Assembly: GCA_036172245.1 (NCBI GenBank)
Contig: JAYWIR010000010.1
Coordinates: 1,054,001-1,118,000 of the forward strand
Direction of reading: 5' to 3'
From: Raillietiella orientalis
Lineage: Eukaryota
Length of the DNA: 64,000 nucleotides
The notes under the pieces were generated by a model. That model ran no database searches. It saw nothing but the letters and a program-made list of their open reading frames with translations, and was not told the DNA's origin. The translations under genes and the position numbers were made by a program. Position 1 is the first letter of the stretch; every line of letters starts with the position of its first letter. Below, in pieces: positions 51,725 to 62,699 of this stretch.

Positions 51725-52310
51725 TGCCCCAACAGAGCGTCATTGCGGTCTGCGCTGGCGTGCCGCGGGCGACTGCGGCAGCCTCAGCGCGTCGCGGGTT
51801 CGAGTCCCGCCAGGGAAGGGTGAGCGCCGAGCAATGGAAAGCGCGTCGCCGTTTTCGATTCCCCGTACCCTTCCCCCTGGTTGGCCTATTTGGGTGTGGC
51901 GGCACTGGCGGAAGCCCTAAACTCTTGGATGCCCCCGTTGACCGAATGGGAAGTAGACCCTCCAAGGTCCTTCCAGGAATCAAGGCGTCCTTCCGGACTT
52001 CCTTCCGGTTCCGAAAAGGGGATCGTCGCCTTCTCGTGGAGCTGGCTGGTTCCTTCCTCGGAAAGTCGCCTCTCCAGAGTGTGAAGAAGAAGAACGCTGC
52101 TCTCTTCGGGAAGCGACCCATTGAGATAAATCGAGAAACGTTCCTTCGGGGTTCTCTTCGGAGGAGGAAACGAGGAGTGGCCTCCACTGACTGGAAGATC
52201 CCTCCCGAGAGAATGCGGAAGCGGTTCTTTTCGATGATCTCTTAGGGATTCTCCCAAAAGTAAGAAAGGAACGGACCGCTTCCTCCGGAGCCTTCCTGGA
52301 TTCATAGAAT
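51725..52310 (+). mobile_element. tRNA-headed SINE-like element
   Basis: B-box GGTTCGAGTCC at ~51797-51807; body (ggatg.ccccgttgaccg...ccttccagga..tcaagg...gtggagctgg...cttcctccggagc...ctggattcat) matches 28862-29555 (-). Confidence 0.75.
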
Positions 52311-54299
52311 AGTCCCAGTAGGGGACCACTCGATGAATCCAGGAAGACTCCTATGAAGCCTGGGATCACGTTTTATAACTCGAAGAGTGAAAAACGCCCT
52401 CGGGTGGCGTGGACGGCACCAAAGACCTTCGTGAGCCTCCCCCCGTCTCCGCCCCCGGTGAAGAGGGCGGTTCTTCAGCACTCCTTGAAGACCAAAAAAA
52501 AAAAAAAAAAGAGGCGCCATTGGACGCGGTGTCGAGAATTTCGTCAATAAGAACGTCCTCAACGGAACCCTCGAGCGACAGCACAGAGCGAGGATTCTAT
52601 TTATAGCAGTGCTTTCGAGTTGGCACACCCTTCGCGCGAACCCCCCCACAGACCTGGGCAAAGAGTTGGTTGTCCTATCCCCGTGCACCTGCCCCCGAAA
52701 TCCGCAGCATCTCTCTCCCGGGCTGGACAGCGTACCTCCCGCCCCCTCCCTCACCCGCTTCGCAGTTTCCGAGACAGGATTATCTGGACCCCTTAATCCT
52801 CTTTCGCGTCCGAGGAGGATTTGCCGCTTTGTTTTCCCGGGACCTCGTCTGCTTGCTTGTTGTCCGGCTCGCCGGCCCCTGAATGCTCCGGTTCTGCCGC
52901 CGCTTGAAGGGAACCTCGCAGCTCCGATTCCAGCGGTGCCGATATCCGGCTGGCGTAGGGAGAGGGGGCTGGGGAGGGGGGGGGGGGGGAAGGCAAAAAA
53001 AGACAAAAAAAAAAAAAGGAAAGAGAAGGAAAACGAAAGGAAGTCGACGTAAATCAAGCGAACGAAACCTCCGGTCGAGTTTCTCCGACCCGTCACCGCG
53101 CGCCTCCGGGGTATCATTGGATGCGCAGCGTCACGTGATGGCTCGAGTTGCGAGTTTCTGGAGGATCCAGCTGCCTCGTTCGGCTGTGAGTGATGATGCG
53201 ATTGGGAGATCCGGAGCGGTCCGTGATCTCTTGAGCCTCTTCGTCGTTTTCCACCTCGCCTGCTCCCGCACGCGTGCCCGATGCACGCGAAACCTCGCGA
53301 GAGGCCGGATGGGAACGCGGGAACGCCTTCCGGCTAATTGATTGCTGCACGCCAGTTTCCGAACGGCCACAGATAGCGCGTGGATGCACAAGTTCCGATC
53401 TACAGATGTCTGGGAAAGCGCACGGAGCACACGTTGAGCGACCAATGAGCCAGGCAAACGGATCGTGGCACTCTGTGTGCACGGAGCGACCCTGATCGGA
53501 ACAGCATTCTCGCAGTGCACCGAACACTCTTCGGTTTTACGATGCGCGAGTACAAAACACGGAGGAGGCACTTCGTCTCTAAGGTCGCCCCTCCCCCCCT
53601 CTCCTATCCTGGATTTTTCACTTCTGCGACGCTGTGGGCCGGTCCGTAACCGCCCTTGGTCCAAAGAGAAAGTCTTCCAGCAGCTGCCTGGCGTATCTGC
53701 CGCCGATTCTCATCTCCGCCGTTTGTTTCCGGAAGGTTCCGAATTCCGAGATCGCCCGCGTTAGGGAGACCACTTCATCTCTACATCTGCAAAACCCTCT
53801 CCCAGGACTGGAGGGTGGTCAGGCAGGCAGCAGATCTGCATTCCAGAACAATCCGGAATCCAGATCCTTCGAGGACTCTTCCGTAAGCAAGGAGTTGTGC
53901 CCCTGCACAATCCCACATCATGGATCATTTTGGTCGTCTTTGTAAGAAGTGCTCTCATCTGGAAGACGAAGCTTCAAAAGGATAAACAGGTTTCTGCCAG
54001 TCGGTCCTCTCCAAGATCTCTCTCTATACTCACGTACGTATGCATGTATGTATCTGTGTGTGTGTGTGTGATGTATACCTAAATGTGAATATGCATATGA
54101 TCAGATAACATATATGTACACACATACGGTAATATACGTATATCTATCTCAATATAATTTCCTTTAGTTATCTCAGTGTGGTTTTGTTTGATACTAGAAG
54201 AGCAAGGACATATTGGAAATTCCATAATTCTAATCGGTGCTTCGTTGATCAGGGGGGTTGGTCACGCGATTCTACTCGGAAGTGCAGGAAATCAAATGA

Positions 54300-56050
54300 A
54301 AACCGGCAATAAGAGAGCGCCAATGGTGGTGGGGAACTATCAGAGTAATTTTTTTCTCCCCCCTTTTTCTCATCCTGGAATTTCCATAACCCGCGGATAT
54401 GCAAATACCCCGTCTTCTTCTCCTTGGCTTGATGGCTCCTACGGCTCTCAGGTTCGACTTGCCGATTTTGTTGGCAAGCATTCCGAGCCCTGCCGGAAAT
54501 CGGTCCTCACCCCAGATGGGGCAGCCATTCGGATTTCTGTGGCAAGGTGTGGATTATCCGTGGCAAGCGAGCAGAAAACAGGATGGTTCCCCGTTAATGC
54601 TGCACCCGATTTTCGCTTCCTTCCGAAGCGGACGAAATTCTCACCCGTTCTCCCGTCTTTCAACTGAGCTTCCTCTCTGACCCGCTACTTCATCATTCCC
54701 ACCTCAAACAGAAGCACATTTTCGAGTGTCTCCACAGCCTTCGTGACGGTGACGGAGGAGTCTGACAGATCATCCACTCCGTAAGAGGTGGTAGAAGGGG
54801 ATCTTCGAAGTGGTACTGTGCTGCACGTTTCCACTGGTTCGTTTCAACTCGGTGTTGTTCACCACTCAGTCCTCATCACTAGGTAACCAGTTCAACGGCT
54901 ACCTTTCCTTAGTTACCCTGGTTATCTTTCAGCGATGCAGATGGATGAATTTTGCAGATAACATCTTTCACAGGATGCACATCTTTTACCATGATTATCA
55001 GAAAAATCCAGAAAGATCTATTTTTATTAGCTGGCGTACCGTTAGATGACGTCTTTCACGAATAAACAGTTCTGTTACCATTATATTATTGCATAAGGAA
55101 CAGCCTTCCCTGTTCGTCATGGTTTCATTCCGTCCGAAATATATCTTTGAGCCCTTTCCTCCAAAAACTGTGTTCATGTGAAGAGTTCATTTCGGTGCCG
55201 AGTTTTATTGGCACCCCTGCATCTCTTGAGGAACGTCTACTCTGCTGCAGTTCCTCATCATCAGTCCCTTTCCTGTAATCTACCCGAGTTTCCAGAGCTT
55301 GAAAAAAGGGCTTTGCTGTAAAAAAAAAAAAAAAAAAAAAAATCTAAAGCACGAAGCATTCATTCACTGACTCTTAGCGTGTCCTGTGCTGCACATCGGA
55401 AGCCTTTCCCCCCATCATCCTCAGATGATGGAGTGGTTCCACTTCTTTTGGTGTCCATTGATAGCAACTCCCTCCATGAGGATCCCAGACTCGGACCGTC
55501 CTGTTGCGGTAGTGCTCAAATCTTCGTTCGGGTTTCCTCGTCGTTAGAGTCCTTGGTGCATCATTGGTTATCTGTACTGCTCCGAGTCCAATTCGTTCAC
55601 CTAATCAGTATTTCTGCGCTGCCTCTCGTTGTCCGCCAGTTCGAGATCGACCTCCACTTCTTGTTGGCATAACAATCCCTTCCATTTCAGAATTTTCTTT
55701 GTTCTTCCTCCACTTCAGAAACTGTCCTCATCAGAAAGGCGAAGCTTCGAAAAGGTATACATGTTTCCTCCAGGATATTCAAGAGACCAGGATTCTGAAG
55801 GACGAGTCTGAGGGACATCTAGGAGACCAGGAGTCCGCAGTTCGCCATCCAGGATTCCTAGAAATGTTTTGTCTCGTATCTGGAGGCACTACTTTCGATT
55901 GCAACCTTCCTCAGGTTTTGGTTCTCTCCGTACACTGTGATTTCTGTTGGTGTAGCATCGCTGTGCTCCTCTTCTTGCCAGGCTACAGTTGCACCACCGT
56001 TCTGTCATCTGGACTTCGAGGATGCTGCCGGCTGGCCGTGGCTCTGAAAA
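54300..56050 (-). mobile_element. Decayed Helitron RepHel relic A (linker plus PIF1 helicase)
   Basis: In order: NLRKV...HF*ESWMANCGLL (cf. DLRTV...TFxEACxxxGLL), NELDSEQ (cf. LNxEQ), DGPS, FGGK at 55165-55154, LPRII, RFPAGLGMLANKIGKSNLRAVG (cf. QFPVRLAFAMTINKSQGQTLxxVG). Confidence 0.65.
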
Positions 56051-56399
56051 AAGAAAGGTTGAAAGAAATTGGGAAATCAACAGGTCGTTTTCACAATCTT
56101 CGTTGACTGAAGTGGTACTTCAGAGGCGAGCAAATGACCATTATTGTGAGCAGCAGCCAAGTTGGTTTCTCGTTGACCAACACAACTCCGTATATCTTCA
56201 GTTTCTTCAGAAAAAAAGGGGAGTACCTTTTAGAAAAAAAAAGAAGCAAGAAATTTGCTTTTTTCCGGATCCAGTTCCTCATCCCTAGCGCCGTGGAAGC
56301 AGCTAGTCTCCTTTGCGACCTGCAGGTTTCTCTCAGAGAGTCTCTGCATGTGCTTCCTTGGAGCCAATTTCTTTCGCAACCGTTTGAGGAGATTCGCGA

Positions 56400-57450
56400 G
56401 GCTCAGTCCCGAGATAAGTGGAGTGAGCGCAAAGAACGTTCTGGAACGGAGGGGATTCTTATGCCAACAAGAAGTGGGGGCCCATCTCGAACTGGAGGAC
56501 AGCGAGAGGCAGCGCAGAAATACTGATTAGGTGAACGAATTTGACTCGGAGCAGCCATCACCAAGGATGCAGCATGAGCTTCGCTCGTTCACTTGTTTTC
56601 ACTCTCAACAGAGCACTGGTCCCTTCGAAAAACCGATCCGCTGCGGGCTGCACTTTCACTATCCGACCTTACACAGTCGACAGCCTCCCTTAGAGCCCGA
56701 GATATGCGCCCTCGAGCACTCACACCATCTCGAAAAGCGAGAGCCGACATGTCCATCAAAACTGAGCGAACCGACAATTCAAAACCGATGTATCGGCTCT
56801 TGGCGACGAGCAAAATCCACACAACGCCATCCATCTGCGGCAGCGAGCTCGAATCCCGGTTGGTTTGCCGGGTGCTTACGCGATGAACGATTCCTGGATT
56901 CCTCCTGGTTTTCCCTTTGGGTTCCCGTATGACTTCAAATCGGGGATCCCACGCAGTTTTGTTCTCCCAAATGATAGAGAATGGAATGCCTTTATTCGTG
57001 CCATTCCTGCATGGACAGTGCTCCACCACCATTTGGATTTCTTCGTTTTCCAGTTTTCCAGTTGTTGCATACGCTTTGCAGGTTGTTACGGAAGGATTAT
57101 TTGTCTTTCTAGTGCCATCTTGAGGCTGAAAATCCCTTTCTTCTTTGTTCCAAGAACGAGGGAAATTGAAAACTCACCAACAGAAGCCAGAAACCCTATG
57201 AGACGTCGGAGAAGACATTATTTGGGATTTTTCTTAAGGATTCTTCACAAGAAGCTCAGAGTGACCTCGACTTCACCTGAAGATGACATCTGCATCCAGA
57301 GGATGTTGAATTCCAGTGGTTGAGGCGTCTTCAATGTCCTCAAGGCATGAATTCTTTCGAAGGATATGGAAGGAAGATGCATTGCCGATTGTTTCTGCAA
57401 GGATGACGTGCTCAAAGGCAACCAGGACGGCATGTGCATCAAACCTTCGG
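56400..57450 (+). mobile_element. Decayed, rearranged Helitron RepHel relic B
   Basis: DMSIKTERTDNSKPMYRLLATSKIH...CG (cf. DxIISAEIPDxxxxPxLYxxVxxxMIHGPCG), FPYDF (cf. FPKxF), FFLRILHKKLRVTSTSPED (cf. FYLRLLLxHVxGPTSFED); starts with an inverted duplicate of part of relic A. Confidence 0.6.
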
Positions 57451-57984
57451 AATCGCTGGAAACGCCGTTTCACAGTGCCGACTCGCTGAGTGAGGACACG
57501 AGGTAAGCCGAGTCAAGCTAAAACCAGGAAGAACCAGCAGATGGTCAGTGGACACTGGCAACCGCGACTGCTTCGATGGCAGTGGCATCTAAGGTCGCAG
57601 CCCTCACCTACAACGAAATGCAACCGAAATGTGTGGATTTTGGGATCGCCTCGGGGTTTCTCCATATCGCTCTTCGGCTGCTGAGCAGACATCGCCGCAT
57701 CCTTGCAGAAGAGGTGGGTTCCAAGGGGATGAATCTCACCTTGAAATCAGGGTGATGAAGCGTAGGCTGCTGCTGCCTCGATCCACTTTTCGGAACGCGT
57801 TCCCCGGATTCCCTCGCACGCACGGGAGGCAGCATCTCATTGCTCGGAAGCAGCGGATCTCGTGGATGCTGTTCGAACCGAGTGGACACTGCGGTTCGCG
57901 CGCGTCCACCTCTCCATCGACAACTCGCCGCTTCTCGTAGCCTGACGAGTTGACACCGACGTCGCTCGAGCACTTGAGGAAGCT

Positions 57985-60900
57985 TCATCTTCGAAAAGGC
58001 GGCCTTCTTGCAGTGGAAAGGAGCGCCGCTCCGGAGAAGACCGGAGGCGATCCGAGAAATGGGATGTGAAAGTCGAGTATCTCGGGAGCTGAGGAAACTC
58101 TCGCGGTCCTCTCTGCGACTTTCGGTCGGGAAGGCACCGAGAGAAAGCGGGTGCGTTTGATCGACTCCAGGGAAACATTCGGGGCGATAAAAGTGCGAAA
58201 CGCGAGGGTGGGAGGAAGGCTGCTGCCCCTACCCCGAGCACACTTGATTACCACTCGAGGGATCACGCTGCAGGACAGCTGGAGTCCAGGATGGCACGGA
58301 AGATTGCAAGGTTTACCCTCGCGCTGCTCTATCAATGGAGCCTCGATCCTTATAGGAAGAGTTCCAAGAGAATTCCCAGGGAAGGAATGGGAGGTTCGGG
58401 GAGAGTTTTCCAGAATTTCTGCAGCGTTCGTGGTCTCGAGGTAACAGCGGCAGCGGCAGCTTAGGATTTTTATGCTCCGCATGCTGCTTGCATCGGGTAG
58501 CCCATTACAAGGTTCGGGAGTGCTCTAATTCTTCTTGATGTTCTTGGCTCCTCCCACTCCTTCTAATTTGGAGTTCCTCTAGGATCTCGTCGTCGACTGG
58601 GTCTCGTGCTCCGAGGACCCCTACAGCGACGCCTCACATCCACGCGAGCGTCAGGTTCCAACGTTCGCTCCTCCTGGATTCTTTAAGGTAGCGGAATCAC
58701 TCTCGGAGAGGCTAACCACCTCGAGTGGGACACTGCTTCGATGGCCTGCAAGACCGTCTCCGACCCGAGGCTAAAACCCTCCTTGGGGATCATAATATTC
58801 ACTCCACCAAGTGGTGATCCCTTTATTTTCGAATCGTCTTGTGCAATTGCGAAGAGGAGACCCATGTGTCTCCAGAAATCATGGAGTAATCATGGCATCC
58901 CTATGGGAATCCTCGCTTCCATAGGCAGGTGCTGCTGGGAAACACTTTCCCGTACGGGGGAGAGGTCAGAATGACCGTTCTGGATCGGAAGCTTCTAGGC
59001 CCTGTTAAGAACGGATGAACAGAGTGCACGGTTCGGTGCAGATGAGACGCTCTTCCGATGCACCTAACCGTTGACCGCCACGTGGCTCCCTGAGTGGGTG
59101 GTGGGCGGTTTCAGCGACTCCGGAGCCGGGAGCAAGGCAGCCAGGGGCTTCGCAGCACCTTTGCAGTTGAGAGTAGAGACGCTTCAGCTTTCAAGCACAG
59201 CCACTTGGCGTGTCCAGGTTCACGAATGACGCCCGCCTCTCTGCTAGCTGCTGTTTGAGGAACGCATCGCCAATTCTCATGGAATTGACAAACATTTCCC
59301 CGGCCAGGCGTTCCAGGGACTGATCGAGGAAAAGTGAAAACCTCTTGTGTCACCATGGATCCATTTTTATTATGAAAGTCTTCACCTGGTCCTTGGTGAG
59401 GCACCCGGCTGTAGGACATTCAGGACAACGTGCCCCAGCTTCGGATAGCAGCCTTCTGAGATCGGCTTGATTCTTGTGCGGACAGGGATTGCCATGCCCA
59501 CGAACTCTTCGTTCGTTTTGCCGGCTAAGTAACCCAGAATGCAGCGATCACTGCCTTGAAATGACCATGGCCTGTCTTGACAGTGTCATGATCATGACCT
59601 GTCTTGTTGATGCCCCAGCTCCATGATGATTGGTTCTGACTGGTTCGCCACGTCTTCATCGGATCCGCCGCTCGGGTAGCGGCAGTGGAAATCGTCGAGG
59701 TCTGTTGAGTTAACTTCCTCGTAAGACATCCCGTTGTTCATATCGATGTCTCTATCATCCAGAGATTTGATCTTCTATTTTATCCTGGCTGTGGATTCGG
59801 TGAGTACTCCGGAGAATCTTTCACCACTCTTCTACTTATTCTTTTCTGCCTCTTTGCGACTCCCATCTAATCTCCATCCCATAGACAGCAAAAGATTGGT
59901 CGCCGGTTGACCAGGGGAGCCCACGTTGGTCCGAGGAAATTTATTGCTCGAAAGTTTCGACACTCCTGACTCTTCTCCCTTCCCTCACTCCTTGCAGTTG
60001 CCTGCTGCAATCCGCTTCCTGCGTTCCAAAACCCCACGGCGCAGCTGCCATCCCAGTTTTTCATAACTTGGGAGGCTTCAAGACAGACCCCCACCAGGGA
60101 CTGCTTTTCTCCAGACTCTCTGCCCAGCAGTGGCCAGCACGGCAAGCTTGGCTGATGCTGAAAGTTCTCTGGGATGGATCGGCGTCGCGAGATAGGGGGG
60201 GACCAAACAGCAAGAACGACTGGAACACACGTTAAGCTTTCTGCGCCGACAGAGCTCCATTGCGGCTGCGGCGGCACCCCACATCTCGGGTGGCGCTGAC
60301 TGCGCCAAAGAGCTTCGTGATCCCCCCCTCCCCTCATCTTCCTGCACGGAACGACACTGAAGTGCCGTTTGGGAGCAGCGGTGCCTCCAGGAATAGAAAC
60401 CGCCGCGCTTCCATTTCATTAGAAATGCGAAATCCCCCGGGAAGACGAGGGAGACTGGCAGCAGCTGGAACCAGGCCTTCCGCGCAGCAACTCACAAGCG
60501 CCGTTTCCCAGGAGATTCGAAAGCTGCGCTCGAGACTGGGAGCACGTCTTCGCAGCGCGAGAGGGAAGGATGGGAAGTGGCCCAACTCCCCCACGCACCG
60601 GAGGGCTGAGCAGCAGCGGAGGCTCCAACGCGCTTCCTCTGCCTCCGCTCTCAGCGATGCCGTCCGCAGCTGCACGTTGTTTCCGTGCTTCGGGATTTCG
60701 CTCGCTCTAGCAGAGGAAAAGGGAGCAAATCTGGACGTCTCAGGGATGCCTCGGATTAGTGGCAGACATCGCTTTCGAGTGACGGAGCACCTGATCCTTC
60801 CAAACTCCGAAATTCGGCTGCCCTTGGTGGAAAGGCGCTTGGCGTTCGTTTGGCGCCCCGCCTTCTTCTTGGCGATTCTTTTCCGAGGACTCCCGGAGCA

Positions 60901-62330
60901 CGGCACAGTCCTTAACGCGCTTTCCTGAGCGTGCGCACGTCCCTACATTGATTCCAGGTATGTTCGCATCGGATTGGCGTCACCAGGAAGATTTCGACCG
61001 CTCCTTCCGACACGTCTTGGGCCCTCTACCGCAAAGAAGCAAGCGTGGAAAGACAGCTTGCAAGGGGGATTCCTCCTGCTGGCATCAGCACAGGCAGCAA
61101 AAACGGCATGCAGTGGCTCCTGGTAGCTTCCGAAATAAATCATGTCATCTCCTGTTTGCTGAATCGCGCAAGATGAGCACGTGCTTCGTGAGGTTGCACC
61201 TGCTCGCACACCCTCCTGGATCAAATTAAGCAGATGCTCAGGACTGAGCTCTTGTATTCGCCTTGTTCCGCACACGTGCAAGCACCTGCGGCGAAGGCAG
61301 TCAAGAGGCGAATGTGGGAATCAGAACTCATCGAGATGAATCTTCAACGGGTGATTTTCAACCTTAATTGCAGCGTCCAAAAGGCTCGACACGCTCGAAT
61401 GTCTGACCTTCTTCCGCTCAGAGGCAAGATTTCCTAGAGCCGTTCACAGGGCAAAAGTTGCGTCGTGAAGATGGAGAAAAGGGACAGTGGAAGAATCAGC
61501 GGATGAATGGGAACTTTCCGATGGTAGTCGTTTAACGAGTCCGGTAGCTGGTAGGGAATCGCGACGCCTTGAATGCGGTTGTGGACTTGGATGGGAGGCA
61601 CATTTCACTCGCTTGACCTTTTATCTTTCGCGGGAATTCGTTGTGCGCTTCCGACACCAATGAAGGGAATCTTCAATGAGGAAAACGTGCGAAAGAGTCG
61701 GAATGAGCACTCAAAAGTCCCACAGGCTCCAAGCACTATTGGACTCGAGGGTCATCAAAAGTTATAACTTCTTCAATTCCTGCCTGATGTCCGGCTTTCT
61801 TGAAGACGTTCGCAGGTGCCACTGATGCTCTCCATGGGGAGGGAGGATTCAGGGATTCGCATCTGTCACTGTAGCTGTTCGTCGAAAGCAGTGAGCAAAC
61901 CTGGAGAAAGAAACGCTCCCAGAATCTTATGGAAGGCGTGACTTGCTAGAGCCACACTCCTCCCTGCATTGCTTTCAGCATGTCGCGAAAATGTGACCAA
62001 GACAGCCGACCTTGGAATCCCGAAGCCAACTGAAGGTTGGGCAGTCCGAACGGTTTGCAACGAGCGACACTCGTCACGAAAAGCGACTGCTCCGGTACGC
62101 TCAGGAAAAGATCAGGGAGAGTGTAACTCGGGAAGGAACTGTGGTACGAGTGCCTCTGGACATGACAAGCCATTATGAAAGACTCTGGCGCGAGGCGCGA
62201 GGACGGGTAGATGGTTGGAATGCGTCTTCTCGTCCATACAGGGCAGACTGCCGCGTAAACCACAGGACGAAGGGAGCCGGAGATTTGGCAGTCGGATCTT
62301 CCGCCAGGAGACGCTTCAGACAGCCCCATG
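57985..62330 (-). mobile_element. Near full-length decayed Helitron RepHel relic C (~4.3 kb)
   Basis: Collinear N to C: FHKILGAFLSP...EQL (61866-62060), IYFGSYQEPLHA and GPR...DA...RTY (60943-61281), FGRIRC...RGIPE and LRAE...GHFP (60334-60906), CRYPS, GEDF...CQFHE (59111-59419), PLGGVNIMI (58683-58865), LPIRIEAPLIEQRE...VIKC and KRTRF...PVFSGAALLSTARR (57985-58482). Confidence 0.7.
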
Positions 62331-62699
62331 ATGCTCCATCTTGGAAATCTCTTGTGCGCGGGACGCGCGACTTGAACACGACAGCGAAAACCGCCGGAGC
62401 GAGCGAGCGTATGGGGAGAAAGAAACCCAACCTCAAATCAGGTCGACTTGGCCATCTAGGACTGGACGGTAGACGGATCTGTGGGCAGAAGACAAGGACG
62501 GAGACTCCCGGGTGGTTTTTCAGAAGAGGGGGGACAAAGCATTCTATTTCTTATACAGTAGACCCACGGTGAGGATTACATTGCGTTCTTTACCGAGAAC
62601 ACCGTGACAAGAGGATGACAGCTGAGACAGGGAAAGTTTGTGACAGCTAAGAGCGTTTTCGCGCAGCCGTCAAAGAGGAGAATGAAATCGACCATTGCG

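Noticed and set aside
51590..51815. Functional tRNA genes
   Set aside because: B-boxes are present but I could not fold a cloverleaf, and the heads continue into a dispersed repeat body; treated as SINEs.
55720..55900. Gypsy integrase zinc-finger-like words (VVPPDTRQNI, GLLDVPQT)
   Set aside because: No HHCC or DDE follow-up; the same DNA fits the collinear Helitron series better.
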